A DNA stretch of 64,000 nucleotides from Scyliorhinus canicula. Its lineage: Eukaryota. This document shows positions 63,764 through 64,000 of this stretch, in pieces; position 1 is the first letter of the stretch; each line of letters opens with the position of its first letter. Position numbers and translations under genes: made by a program. The stretch lies in the NCBI RefSeq assembly GCF_902713615.1, contig NW_024055469.1, forward strand, positions 62,001-126,000. Reading direction: 5' to 3'. Below the pieces are notes generated by a model. That model worked only from the letters and a program-made list of their open reading frames with translations. It searched no databases and had not been told where the DNA came from.

Positions 63764-64000
63764 AAAAGGATGAAATTTAGAGACAGTTTGGTCCGGTGGG
63801 ATCGTGGAAGGGAGGGAAGCAGCAGAGGCAGCTGATCGGATTGACTCAATCTCAGTCACAAAGAATCTCCACAGGCTCCTCACACTTCTTGTTGGAGGTG
63901 AAGATGGAAGAGACAGGGGAGAGCGAGAGTACTTCAAAAGGAACAAACTTGTGTCAGAGATATTAAAAAATTTCAACACTGCGTATTTAACATAATTCTA
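63764..64000 (-). repeat. Paralog of the ZNF 3' flank plus L2 junction at ~10960-11193
   Basis: Reverse complement matches gtgttaaatgcgcactgttgaaactttttaatatctctgacacaag...caaactgtctctaaatttcatccttt. Confidence 0.85.

Overview
Eukaryotic, repeat-rich window, most likely from a cartilaginous fish (shark/catshark; inferred from abundant HE1-type V-SINEs with CR1 tails). It holds a cluster of eight paralogous tandem C2H2 zinc-finger loci with no recognisable KRAB/SCAN/BTB domain: two essentially intact (9647-10849 +, 51961-53331 +), one probably coding (26198-27109 -) and five disabled. There are also orphan leader exons. The genes were duplicated as a cassette: a CpG-rich NRF1/CCAAT/GC-box/YY1 promoter module, a shared intron and acceptor, a leader made of relic fingers with positionally conserved TGA codons, the finger array, and a conserved post-stop element that reads in frame as [17 protein letters not shown]. 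The rest is mobile DNA: Tx1-like, L1, CR1, L2, RTE, Rex/Babar and Penelope-like elements (with hammerhead ribozyme motifs, including a perfect 91-bp-arm palindrome), at least three SINE families, a hAT MITE, a solo LTR, an intron-containing tRNA-Pro pseudogene and a U2 snRNA 5' fragment. Repeat boundaries are read by eye and are approximate unless a TSD or TIR is quoted.
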